A stretch of DNA of 64,000 nucleotides from an uncultured Chlamydiae bacterium (GTDB lineage: Bacteria; Chlamydiota; Chlamydiia; Chlamydiales; SM23-39). The stretch is taken from positions 544,001-608,000 of the forward strand of contig CAVSSM010000001.1 of the NCBI GenBank assembly GCA_963730605.1, read 5' to 3'. Made by a program: the position numbers and the translations under genes. The first letter of the stretch is position 1. Each line of letters begins with the position of its first letter. The notes under the pieces are model-generated. The model was not told where the DNA came from, searched no databases, and saw only the letters and a program-made list of their open reading frames with translations. This document shows, piece after piece, positions 21,070-30,308 of this stretch.

Positions 21070-23478
21070 TTACCCTTGTAGCATCACTTGGCTTGAAGTA
21101 TTGAGGTAATCGCACAGGTGGCTGGCAACAGAGAAGTTGCTCTTCATCTGCTCCTCAAACTCTGCGTTGTCATGCTTTGCCTCTTGCTTCCTTCGGCTAT
21201 CGATCTGCTGCGATAAAAATTTCATGAGAACGTCAAGCACGGTTTGAGTCTTGGCCATAGCGCTCGATGCATCCGCCATATTCATATCAATTTGATACTG
21301 AGCGAACGATGCGCCTGCCTCTGCAGCAGTAGCTATTGGAGCGAGCACGTTTGTAATCTTCATGACGAGCGGGACGAATGCGCCGGCACCCTTTACGCCG
21401 TTCATGAATTGTGCCGCTACGCCCGATCCGCCCATCTGACCGATGAGCGCGAGAATCGCCTGGAGCGCCTCCGCAATTCCTAAGAGAATTTCGTACTCTG
21501 TATTGTCCATCGGATGCTCTTTACGATATGCTTGAAGCCCGTCGACAAGGATATTGGTCGAGCCGACTGCATAGAGCGCAGTAAAGAAGCCCCGCTTTGC
21601 CGCAACCCTCACAGCATCCAGGGTTCCTTCCCTGACCATGACTTTCGCGATGTCTTTTAAGGACATACCCATCGCATCAGCCGCGGCGGCATTGCCCGCC
21701 TCAATGGCCACTTTAGTAATTTGTTTTGTGATTTGATCTGCGGTTACCCCTTCGACTTTTCCTGCGATGCTGATAATCTTAGCAGCGTCTTGGACTGCCC
21801 TTTCGGCAGCATCTTTTGCTGCGGTGATCATCGTTTTCTCAACCATCCGCTCCGCAGCGCCATAACCGCCAGTGGCGGCTTCTTTCACCCATTCAAGGGC
21901 TAGTTTAAGCCCGTTTCTCTCGAAGCTCGCAACGAACACTTTTTTAGCGGCTTGTTCAGCGGCTTTTTCGGCGGCGATCTTGAGGGTCGGCGCCACCATT
22001 TTAGACGCGGTTTCATCGATCGCTTTGCTTACCGCTTCGGTCGCCTCTTCGGTCGCTTGCTTCACGACTTGCGTGAGTTCCGTGGCAACGACTTTCATCA
22101 CGTTTTCCATCACGTTTTTCAAGAGAGCGTCGAGGATTGCTCCTCCGCCCATGGTCACAGCCATCTCCATCACGCCGACGAGCACATCCGCGACGATTTT
22201 GCTCTGTTCCGGAGTGAGTGTATGGCAGTTTTGTATCGCTTTCTCGATCGCATTCGTCAAAAGGTCCAACGCGCCAGTTGCATCGAGTACGATCATCAGC
22301 ACGGCCACGAGCATCGAGCCGATGCCCGGCGCAGCCAACGCGCAGATCGCCTCCAAAGCGTATTTGGCGACTTCCATAAGGATCTTCATGGTCTTCGCAT
22401 ACGCCATGTCTTGCGTGATCTTCACTATCTGAGCTTGGTTATTGGCTACCCCCATCTCGCTGGCAAGGCTCGTCGCCTTGGACATCACAGCTTCGTTTTT
22501 CGTCTTTTCTTTTGTCGCGTTCTGTTGTACGAGCGAAAGAAGCCCGATCACGACGACGAAGAGCTCCATGATTTCCCCGTTCAACTTCATGATCTCTTGA
22601 CTTTTCTCCGTAGGACTCAAGTTTGCATTTAAGATATCGGTCAGCTTTTTGAGGATCTGATCGATCATGGAAGAAACCTGCTGTAAATCGGGAACCAGAC
22701 AAGCCAGCTCAGGCGTAAAATCCGCCCTGATGGCCTGGATGAAACTCATCATATTCGTGGCACTCGTCTTGTTCGCCTCATCGGTTCTGTGGCGCGGGTC
22801 TCCATCCAATAAATAGTCATACCAATGGATGTTATCCTCATCGTTCGAGGCGGCGTTATATTGCGCTTGGTAGCACTTCAGGGCATCGTCTAGATTCGAG
22901 GTGAGGCTCTCCAGGGTACTCGACTCCTCGCCTTCGTCTCCGATCACTTTTTGGATCAGGGCGGAAACGTCGCTGGAATTTGCGCCATCTGGATTTTGGT
23001 TCAAGAGGCTGATTGCGCCTTCGTCTTCTTCAACTATCACTTTTTCATTGAGGGCTTTCACGAGCGCTGTCAGGGTTGTGCTAATGGCGGAGAGATCGGC
23101 GGTGTAGTTCCCCTGGTTGCTGCCGTTGTCGCCAATACCGCCTCCAAAGTCCGCGCTCATGCAATCCTTGATCGCATCAGCAAGTGCGGCAAATGGTGAA
23201 CTGCCGCCGTCGGCATCAACGCTTGCGATCTTGTCCGCCAGAGCCGAGATTGCCGCCTTGTCCGCGCTGATTGCATTGGTCGCGTCGTGGTTGACCGTTA
23301 CCCAAGTAAAAATCCACCATCCATGATGGTTTTGCAGGTTTTTCGACTGCGTCTGGATATCCTTGTTCTTTGTTTCGATCTCTGCAATCCATGTTTCCAC
23401 ATCTTTATAACGCTGCGCCATATCGTCAAGAGCTTTCTGCACATTTTGATCATAATTATTATTTACTGACATATACAC
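21070..23478 (-). CDS. Putative SctE-like (CopB/SipB-type) T3SS major translocator, 802 aa
   Basis: Coiled-coil N-half, central paired hydrophobic segments (ALEAICALAAPGIGSMLVAVLMIVL; VADVLVGVMEMAVTMGGG), Ala-rich helical C-terminus, no signal peptide. Confidence 0.6.
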   Translation of the reverse strand: MYMSVNNNYDQNVQKALDDMAQRYKDVETWIAEIETKNKDIQTQSKNLQNHHGWWIFTWVTVNHDATNAISADKAAISALADKIASVDADGGSSPFAALADAIKDCMSADFGGGIGDNGSNQGNYTADLSAISTTLTALVKALNEKVIVEEDEGAISLLNQNPDGANSSDVSALIQKVIGDEGEESSTLESLTSNLDDALKCYQAQYNAASNDEDNIHWYDYLLDGDPRHRTDEANKTSATNMMSFIQAIRADFTPELACLVPDLQQVSSMIDQILKKLTDILNANLSPTEKSQEIMKLNGEIMELFVVVIGLLSLVQQNATKEKTKNEAVMSKATSLASEMGVANNQAQIVKITQDMAYAKTMKILMEVAKYALEAICALAAPGIGSMLVAVLMIVLDATGALDLLTNAIEKAIQNCHTLTPEQSKIVADVLVGVMEMAVTMGGGAILDALLKNVMENVMKVVATELTQVVKQATEEATEAVSKAIDETASKMVAPTLKIAAEKAAEQAAKKVFVASFERNGLKLALEWVKEAATGGYGAAERMVEKTMITAAKDAAERAVQDAAKIISIAGKVEGVTADQITKQITKVAIEAGNAAAADAMGMSLKDIAKVMVREGTLDAVRVAAKRGFFTALYAVGSTNILVDGLQAYRKEHPMDNTEYEILLGIAEALQAILALIGQMGGSGVAAQFMNGVKGAGAFVPLVMKITNVLAPIATAAEAGASFAQYQIDMNMADASSAMAKTQTVLDVLMKFLSQQIDSRRKQEAKHDNAEFEEQMKSNFSVASHLCDYLNTSSQVMLQG

Positions 23479-23504
23479 CTATGATTATAATTATTTAATA
23501 AATC

Positions 23505-24161
23505 TTATACCGCCAAGACCTGGGGATGCGCCTCGGGCGAAGTGCTTTGAGCGGCCTGTCCTTCTAATGCTTGCAGCAGCTCTGCCGTTGACTGCCGTTG
23601 TTGCTCTTTCGCCATCTTCTCGATGTTATTTTGCACTGATGACAAATCAACCATGAGAGCGGCGTTTTCATTCGTTTCCTTGGCATTCATCTCTTTGAAG
23701 AGGAGGCTTAACTGTTTTACGATCTGGTTCAGGTCAATCATGCTGTCCTTCTCTGATTTGGACTTGCCGCTGCCCCCGACAATCAAGTCGATAAGAGCCA
23801 GCGCCGCATTTTTAAGATCCCCGCTTTCCTGATTGAAATCGGATTTGAGGTGATCTTGGTTGAACTTTCTCAACCCAATGTCGTTTTGCCATATCTTAAT
23901 CTGGGTGTCGCTGTATTTATTCACATTGTGGTACGTGTAGACGATATGGGTCTTTCCATCGGGGCCCATTTCATGATGGGTATCCCGGACTTGCGTCTTG
24001 GCGTTGATATGCGAGAGGTCCCACGCGATCTGGGTGGCGTCGTGGTCAATCCCGTTTTGATCGTTGACGAGTTCATTGTACTCGGCCTCCAGGGCAGCGA
24101 TCGCTTCCTCGACCGCGCTATTGTAATTTTGCGGAGGTGATATATTCGATGATGTTGTCAT
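23505..24161 (-). CDS. Hypothetical helical protein, putative T3SS substrate
   Basis: Ser/Thr-rich start; N-terminus resembles that of the downstream 802-aa protein. Confidence 0.6.
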   Translation of the reverse strand: MTTSSNISPPQNYNSAVEEAIAALEAEYNELVNDQNGIDHDATQIAWDLSHINAKTQVRDTHHEMGPDGKTHIVYTYHNVNKYSDTQIKIWQNDIGLRKFNQDHLKSDFNQESGDLKNAALALIDLIVGGSGKSKSEKDSMIDLNQIVKQLSLLFKEMNAKETNENAALMVDLSSVQNNIEKMAKEQQRQSTAELLQALEGQAAQSTSPEAHPQVLAV

Positions 24162-24329
24162 AAACCTTACTATTCCTGTTTAAACTCTATTCGCCTATAG
24201 CTATATTGTATCAAATAAAAATTATTATTTACACAAAAACCAATCCCTATAATAATTCTGTTTTAATGGGATAATAATTTATTAAATAAAAATATTTTTT
24301 ATGGCATAATTAAAGAAAGGAGTTATAAC

Positions 24330-24557
24330 ATGAGCCTCAAATACCTTGAGAACCTCAAGAAATCGATGGATGCCTCAGAGTGGAACCCCACCCTTCTGAC
24401 GAACCTCCTTGACGAGATGCGCTTTTTCTTCGAAACGCTCCGGGTGAAGCTGGAAAGCGAAGACCCGGCCATGCGACAAGCGGCTGTCGTTGAAATCAGC
24501 GAACTCCGCGCCTTTCTCGATAAGCATCCAGCGATCCGCGAAGCGTTATCCCAATAA
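24330..24557 (+). CDS. Small protein of the KLES.DP paralog family (putative chaperone)
   Basis: Strong RBS aaggag; FFETLRVKLESEDP motif shared with 31813 and 32378. Confidence 0.7.
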   Translation: MSLKYLENLKKSMDASEWNPTLLTNLLDEMRFFFETLRVKLESEDPAMRQAAVVEISELRAFLDKHPAIREALSQ

Positions 24558-24606
24558 TCAGCTCTTTTTCTTCCTTTTTCGAACCCTCGCGCGGTATAAG
24601 GAAGAA

Positions 24607-26127
24607 ATGGATCCAGACGACCTAACAAAAACCCTAGGGCCTCCCCCTTCTAGCGCCGAGCCTCCCCCTAATCCCGATTTTATAGGCCCCTATAAAATCG
24701 AAAGCTTATTGAAACGGGGCGGGATGAGCCTCCTCTATCTAGGCGTTAATCCTACGACCTCCCAAACAGTCGTGATCAAAGTCGTTTTGCCGAAGTACCT
24801 CAAGAACAAAGACGTTTTGACTCGGCTCCTCCGCGAAGCGAAGATTCTCAGCGTCGCTTCCCATAAAAATATCGTAAAACTTTATGACTTAGGAAGATGC
24901 GAACAAGGCATCTTCATCGCTATGGAATATGTCCAGGGGGTGTCTCTCCGCCAGTTCATCAAGACCGAATCCCTGATCCATAAGCGGGCCCTCGAAATCG
25001 TGCTGCAGATCGGCTATGCGCTTGCCCACCTTCACGCCCAAGGCATTATCCATCGCGACCTAAAGCCCGACAACATCCTCATCACCGAATCGGGCGACAT
25101 CAAAGTGATTGATTTCGGGATCTCGGAATTCGTGGAAACGGAGGACCGCTTTCATAAAACCAAAAAGAAAGCCCGGATGGGGACTCCTCATTACATGAGT
25201 CCCGAGCAAAACGAGACCCCCGAAAAAGTCTCCTATGGCACTGACATTTATTCCCTTGGAATCATTGCCTACGAGCTCTATTTTGGGCGGCAAGCGCACG
25301 GGGTCATACAAACAGCCATCCTGCCGAGGGGGCTGCATAAAATCCTCGCCAAAGCCCTTCAGGCCAATCCTGCGAAGCGGTACCAAGACATTATCGATTT
25401 CATCGCCGACCTCTCAGAGTTCCTCAAACACATCGAGGAAGAAGAAAAAAAGGCCACCCCCGAAGAGCTTTTTTCCCTGCTCGAAGAAACAAGGGCCGCC
25501 CTCCAGCCTATTGAGGCGCCAAAATGGGCCGGCATTGAGATCGGGATCGCCCTAAAAGAGGACGCCGAGGGGGGAAGCTACCTAGACTTCTTTCCATTGG
25601 TTTCCAACCGGTATGGGGTGCTATTGGCCAGCCCTGTGAAAAAAGAAGGATCAAATGCCCTATTTCTATCTTCGATGCTGCGGGGCATGGTCCGCATGGC
25701 CGCCTGCACAGTCCCAACAGAACCCGTCCCATTTTTTCTAGACACCTTAAATCGAGCGCTTTTTGCTGAAAAGCATCTCTTTGATTATTCACTCCTCCTC
25801 ATCGATTTGGAGCATGGCCTTCTCGCATTCGGATCTTCAAAACCGGGAGTGCTTTGCCACTTCCCAGAATCGGTCCCAAAGCCTCGATTTTTAGACACGG
25901 AAAACCCACCTTTAGGCAAAAAAGAGGGATCTACCTTTCTTGAGATCAAAGAAAATTGGAAACCGGGGGATCTTTTAATTCTTTCTTCGATCCAAATGGA
26001 AAGCTCCAAGATCCCTCTCGCCGCCGATCTTGTCTTGGACACGAAAAGAGTGGCCGCCAAAACATTTGACGCCCTGACAGCGGGGGGCAGCAAAGAAGCT
26101 GTTCTCATCGCCATTAGAAGGCTATAA
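24607..26127 (+). CDS. pkn5: Ser/Thr protein kinase with degenerate PP2C/SpoIIE-like tail (Pkn5-like)
   Basis: GGMS, VIK, HRDLKPDN, DFG, GTPHYMSPEQ and KILAKALQ..P..RY; length and architecture as I recall for chlamydial Pkn5. Confidence 0.85.
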   Translation: MDPDDLTKTLGPPPSSAEPPPNPDFIGPYKIESLLKRGGMSLLYLGVNPTTSQTVVIKVVLPKYLKNKDVLTRLLREAKILSVASHKNIVKLYDLGRCEQGIFIAMEYVQGVSLRQFIKTESLIHKRALEIVLQIGYALAHLHAQGIIHRDLKPDNILITESGDIKVIDFGISEFVETEDRFHKTKKKARMGTPHYMSPEQNETPEKVSYGTDIYSLGIIAYELYFGRQAHGVIQTAILPRGLHKILAKALQANPAKRYQDIIDFIADLSEFLKHIEEEEKKATPEELFSLLEETRAALQPIEAPKWAGIEIGIALKEDAEGGSYLDFFPLVSNRYGVLLASPVKKEGSNALFLSSMLRGMVRMAACTVPTEPVPFFLDTLNRALFAEKHLFDYSLLLIDLEHGLLAFGSSKPGVLCHFPESVPKPRFLDTENPPLGKKEGSTFLEIKENWKPGDLLILSSIQMESSKIPLAADLVLDTKRVAAKTFDALTAGGSKEAVLIAIRRL

Positions 26128-26138
26128 GAACCTGTACT

Positions 26139-26303
26139 CTCGACTTTGTACAATTTTGTGACGGCATCTCCGAGAGAATCGCTGGCCCTTTTTTCCTTTT
26201 TTTGCTCATAAATAGTGCCTTCGGCTATGAATTTCGCAAAAAAAGAAAAAAATTGCAGAGCGCTTCCTCTGGATCTGCTCGCCAAAAATTGTACAAAGTC
26301 GAG
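26139..26303. mobile_element. MITE family A, copy 2 (165 bp)
   Basis: Inverted copy of 501-665; TSD GTACT. Confidence 0.9.
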
Positions 26304-26571
26304 GTACTAAAACGCACACTACCTGCCTCTTACCCTCCGAAAATATTATTTCTCTATTATTACTTTGTTAAGTTTGTGTATGCTTCCCTTCGCACTAAAA
26401 ACTGGAACTCGGATAAAAAAAGGAGATAAATTAAGGAGCGATCATTGGCGGTGTTGAAGGAACGATCCTCACAGCTCTTACCGCTCTTGGAATCTATGCC
26501 GCTAGAAACTGTGCGAGATCCGGTGAATCGCAACCTTTATTGTCGGAACAGAATATTCAACAGGTCTAAAA

Positions 26572-26599
26572 GAAAAGGGCCGCGGAATTCCGCGGCCCT
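26572..26599 (-). terminator. Intrinsic terminator after the SctB-like gene
   Basis: agggccgcgg-aatt-ccgcggccct with a following T-run on the minus strand. Confidence 0.75.
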
Positions 26600-26624
26600 A
26601 AAGGAAAGAAGAAAAAGAATTCGA

Positions 26625-27917
26625 TTACGCTCTGGATTGCGTTTGAGACGCAAGGGCCTGAGCGAGAGCCTGAGCCGTTTGCCCCATCTCCTGCTGCTTA
26701 GCCTGAGCCTGCTGAGTCCCCTTTTCTTTGACGTCCCCTGTCGCCTGATTGGTTTGCTGGTTCGAGTCGCTGATTGTTTTTTGTTTCTGGGACTCGATCT
26801 GCTTTTCAGACTTCGTGAACCCGCCCAAAGCTTGGCCGCCAGTCTGGCCCCCCTGGGAAATCTGATTCATCAAGCCTCCCCACTGGTTCTGCGCACCTTC
26901 ACACTGTCCGCGCTGATTTTGAAGGCTTTCGATCCATTTATCGGCCTTTTTCTTCGCAGCGGTTCTCTCACCTTCGTCGAGATGCTCTGCGGCTAATTTA
27001 ATCTTCTCATCCCTATCTGCTTGAGCCTCTTGAGAGAGATTGCCGCCATTCTCGTCCTTCTTGGACTTGTATGTTTTAATGGCGTCCTTGGTCATGGCCT
27101 TTTTGAGAGCTTCACTCTTTGAATCCAACCCGACCTTTGTCTCGACTTCTACTTGTTGCTGCTGCACTTCGGCCTGCGCATTTGGGGCCGCTTGGTTTAG
27201 GAGTTTTTCGCTCCCGTCTTGAGCCACGAGCTCTGCCTTCGTTGGCTCATTCAGCATGGCTCTATAGCTTTCCGCATTTTCCAATTCCAAGCTGATTTTG
27301 CCGTACTTGTTCTGGAACATCCCACCGCCTATCTCAGAAGTGCATGAGACGGAATTCCTGATGAATCCGCCCACCGAGCCAAGGAGAGAGAGGCCGCAAA
27401 CGGCGCCGCTCACAGCAAAGCCGATCGCTTCGTTCCTCATTTGATCTCCTTGCGCTTGGGCCGAATCCATCCCGGCATTTACCCAAGATTGGATAAGCCC
27501 CGGTTTATTATCTGTGCCGATCATCGCATTGGCCGAATATACCGTCACTTGGTAACCCTGCTGAGCCATCTCGTTCAAATATTTGATCATGGCGAGAAAC
27601 GACGCGATGATCGCCGCTCCGTAACCGGCGGGAAGGAGCGTTGGGTTGATGGGTGCGGCCGATGTTCCGTTTGTGTCTTTTACGTCAGTCTCTACCGACT
27701 CATTTGACAACTTCGCTTTGGCATCTACTTGCAGAGATAGTTTCAAATCGATTCCTTCTTCTTCGCCGTCCCCTAAAGCGCTTCCCTGCCCTTCATCGGA
27801 ATCCTCATCGTCTTGAGGAAAAGCATAGACGGGCGCCGTCTCATGGGAGCTTGTTCCATTACCCAATGGGTAAAGAAGAAGAGCGTCGGTATTTAAATTT
27901 TCAGGTCTGATTGACAT
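26625..27917 (-). CDS. Putative SctB-like (CopD/SipC-type) minor translocator, 430 aa
   Basis: Hydrophobic segments GAAIIASFLAMI and AIGFAVSGAVCGLSLLGSVGGF; Gln/Ala coiled-coil C-terminus ending QSRA. Confidence 0.55.
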   Translation of the reverse strand: MSIRPENLNTDALLLYPLGNGTSSHETAPVYAFPQDDEDSDEGQGSALGDGEEEGIDLKLSLQVDAKAKLSNESVETDVKDTNGTSAAPINPTLLPAGYGAAIIASFLAMIKYLNEMAQQGYQVTVYSANAMIGTDNKPGLIQSWVNAGMDSAQAQGDQMRNEAIGFAVSGAVCGLSLLGSVGGFIRNSVSCTSEIGGGMFQNKYGKISLELENAESYRAMLNEPTKAELVAQDGSEKLLNQAAPNAQAEVQQQQVEVETKVGLDSKSEALKKAMTKDAIKTYKSKKDENGGNLSQEAQADRDEKIKLAAEHLDEGERTAAKKKADKWIESLQNQRGQCEGAQNQWGGLMNQISQGGQTGGQALGGFTKSEKQIESQKQKTISDSNQQTNQATGDVKEKGTQQAQAKQQEMGQTAQALAQALASQTQSRA

Positions 27918-27948
27918 AGTTCACCTTGTTATTTTTTATATGTTAATT

Positions 27949-28521
27949 TTATACACTAATTTGAGCTTGTACGCTGGATCCATTCGAAAGGAGTCCCATC
28001 ATAGAGTCGCCGGCGTTCGTTGCGGGCTGCCCTGCGGAACTTGCGTTTTGCAGCGCACTCTGGCAAGTTTTGTTCTCTGCATCGCCCGTCGAGGTCTCCT
28101 GTCCAGATTGCGATTGGATCAAGCTCGAGTACTGAGTGATCATTCCATTCCAGACCGTGAGGATGTCTTTATCTTTGTCAATTGTGCTAGATCCGATGAC
28201 CCCTTGCAATTGCGAGATCAAATCCATGCTCCACATAGGGAGGGGATACTTTTTATTTTTTAGGCTGTCAAAAAAAGTATGAAGCGCTTGAGATAAGACT
28301 TCATCGTTGATAGGGTCTTTGGCTGCACTTAGAAGTTTGATGATGTCCGTTTGCAAGACGTTCTGCTTGTTCGGATCCGAATTCGCAGTGAGCCAAGCAT
28401 CCCCGATGTCGAGGGTGCTCTTGCTCCATACATTCGCGTTCGCGTTATCCGTAACCAGCGAATTGCAGTTCGTATTCAGAACTTCACAAACCGCGTTAAT
28501 AAAATTAGATATTGAACTCAT
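27949..28521 (-). CDS. Hypothetical protein, putative T3SS substrate
   Basis: Operonic ORF, rich in Ser/Asn/Gln, amphipathic C-terminus. Confidence 0.6.
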   Translation of the reverse strand: MSSISNFINAVCEVLNTNCNSLVTDNANANVWSKSTLDIGDAWLTANSDPNKQNVLQTDIIKLLSAAKDPINDEVLSQALHTFFDSLKNKKYPLPMWSMDLISQLQGVIGSSTIDKDKDILTVWNGMITQYSSLIQSQSGQETSTGDAENKTCQSALQNASSAGQPATNAGDSMMGLLSNGSSVQAQISV

Positions 28522-28524
28522 GTT

Positions 28525-28971
28525 TTAAATCTCCATAATGATTGATGATGTGAGCGCCAGCAACTGAATCATTGGGCTCTCTAACCTAAATACGTCATCC
28601 AAATTTTGACCCAGAAAGGAGGCGTTCGATTTAATCGTTTCTATGATGTTCTGAACATTTCCCGTATGCAAATCGGCTTCCTTTTGGTCGAGGTCCTTTT
28701 GCACGTTGTCTTGCGCGGCAACCACTGCCATGTGGGGCCCTTGTCCCTGGTGAGGTTTACCCGAAACCCACTTATCCTCAACCTCGACAGACGCCGCCGT
28801 GTCGTTGGCGTAGTTCAAGGAATCCTCTGCGATCTGCTCCATATACGTCTGATTCAAGGTCGAAATGCTGGGCGCTAGTTTGATCGCTTGCGTCGCTGTG
28901 GTCATCTGCGCGCTAAGGTTCGCGTTCTCCTGCTCTCCAATCCCTGATGCAATCCTAAATAAGCCGCTCAT
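28525..28971 (-). CDS. Hypothetical helical protein, putative T3SS substrate
   Basis: Tightly packed operonic ORF. Confidence 0.6.
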   Translation of the reverse strand: MSGLFRIASGIGEQENANLSAQMTTATQAIKLAPSISTLNQTYMEQIAEDSLNYANDTAASVEVEDKWVSGKPHQGQGPHMAVVAAQDNVQKDLDQKEADLHTGNVQNIIETIKSNASFLGQNLDDVFRLESPMIQLLALTSSIIMEI

Positions 28972-28975
28972 CTGA

Positions 28976-29785
28976 TTATCCTTTTGATAAGTTTTGAATG
29001 AGGGAGTTCGTCTCGTCGAGCAGGCTCTTCATCAATGAGCCGAGGAACGACTGCCAGTTTTTCACCATCCCTGTTACTTCCGATACTTCCTGGTTCAACA
29101 CCGCGCTGAAGTTCTGGGTGACCGAAGTCAAGGTCGTGCCCGTATCGGTAAACGCCTTGTCTGCGTCGACCGCCTTGTCTGGGTCGTCCTTCTCACCCAT
29201 TTTGTCGATCATGTCCTTGAAACTAGTCAGGGTTCCATTGCCTTGTGGTTGCTTGTTGTCGTCCGTCCACTTAAAGTATGTTTCGATATTCGTCTTATAA
29301 GCCTGCAGCTGGATGATAATCTGGTCTTTCGTGTTATTGAACAAATTCCCTACTTTCTCATCGTTACTAAACTTATTGATCAACTGGGTGATCGCGCTCA
29401 TCGCATAAGGGATCTGGTCTTTATCCGCGACGCCGCTCGTGTTGTTGATGAGGTTTTGGATGTCGTTGGCAAGCGCCGTGTTGCGGGCGTTGCCGGACAT
29501 TTGGTCGGCGAGGTTCGTCGACTGGTCGTCATAGAGACCTAAAATGTTATCGTGCTGCTTCGGCTGGGTAGCGGTCGCGATCCAAGTGAAAAAGTAAAGA
29601 AGCGCTTCCTCGGGAGTGTGCGTCTTGATAAATTGGCTAAATGCTTCGACGTGCGCTTTATATGCGCTTTGGTCGTCTGTGTATTTCCCAGTATCGTCAT
29701 GAAACTGGTTAGCGCCGTCATTAAACTTGTTAAAATCGGTGTTCCACTGATCTTGCCATCCTTTCTGATTACTCTGTATTGTCAT
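28976..29785 (-). CDS. Hypothetical helical protein, possible tip/filament subunit
   Basis: Long amphipathic C-terminal helix (SVTQNFSAVLNQEV..SLIQNL). Confidence 0.55.
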   Translation of the reverse strand: MTIQSNQKGWQDQWNTDFNKFNDGANQFHDDTGKYTDDQSAYKAHVEAFSQFIKTHTPEEALLYFFTWIATATQPKQHDNILGLYDDQSTNLADQMSGNARNTALANDIQNLINNTSGVADKDQIPYAMSAITQLINKFSNDEKVGNLFNNTKDQIIIQLQAYKTNIETYFKWTDDNKQPQGNGTLTSFKDMIDKMGEKDDPDKAVDADKAFTDTGTTLTSVTQNFSAVLNQEVSEVTGMVKNWQSFLGSLMKSLLDETNSLIQNLSKG

Positions 29786-30178
29786 TTAGATCCTCATATT
29801 CTTTTTTCTTGATTTCTTCTTCCCTTTGCTGACAGGGGCCGGACCCTGAATGGCCTCGAGAGACTGCTGCAGGCGATTCATCCCCTCCAGTCCTTCTGGC
29901 GTAACATGGACCGGATTCACGATATTCTGTAAAAACCGCTGCCCTTCGATGCCGAACGATTCGGCCGCCGCATCAAAGGAATCCCACAAGGCGCGGGTTG
30001 ATGCCTTCAGTTTGTTCTCGTAGGCTTCGCCTCCTTGCTCCCCCTGATTTCGGGATGCGTAAAGGGCCATAAAAGCCTCGAAGGCCTCGCATAAATGGAC
30101 GAGGCGTGGGTTCTTAGAACCCTCTTTGATCGATCTTAGAAATGTTTCAAGTTGCTCTTTGTTCATAATCTTTTTCAC
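29786..30178 (-). CDS. CT635-like putative T3SS chaperone
   Basis: AESFGI..NPVHVTPE.L segment and basic tail KKKSRKKNMRI recall C. trachomatis CT635. Confidence 0.55.
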   Translation of the reverse strand: MKKIMNKEQLETFLRSIKEGSKNPRLVHLCEAFEAFMALYASRNQGEQGGEAYENKLKASTRALWDSFDAAAESFGIEGQRFLQNIVNPVHVTPEGLEGMNRLQQSLEAIQGPAPVSKGKKKSRKKNMRI

Positions 30179-30256
30179 CTTCTATTTAGATATTACATGA
30201 TTTAAATTATATTTACTATATCTTTATATCCCATTAATAAATAATTGCAATTATTT

Positions 30257-30286
30257 ATTTACATGTTATGGCCAATCTGATATACT
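30257..30286 (+). promoter_or_regulatory. Sigma66/70-type promoter
   Basis: TTTACA-17 bp-TATACT upstream of the ATG at 30309. Confidence 0.6.
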
Positions 30287-30308
30287 AACCATAAAGGATG
30301 ATTAGATT

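Noticed and set aside
26380..26568. Hydrophobic peptide GAIIGGVEGTILTALTALGIYAA
   Set aside because: An in-frame stop lies just upstream and there is no credible start; at most a remnant.
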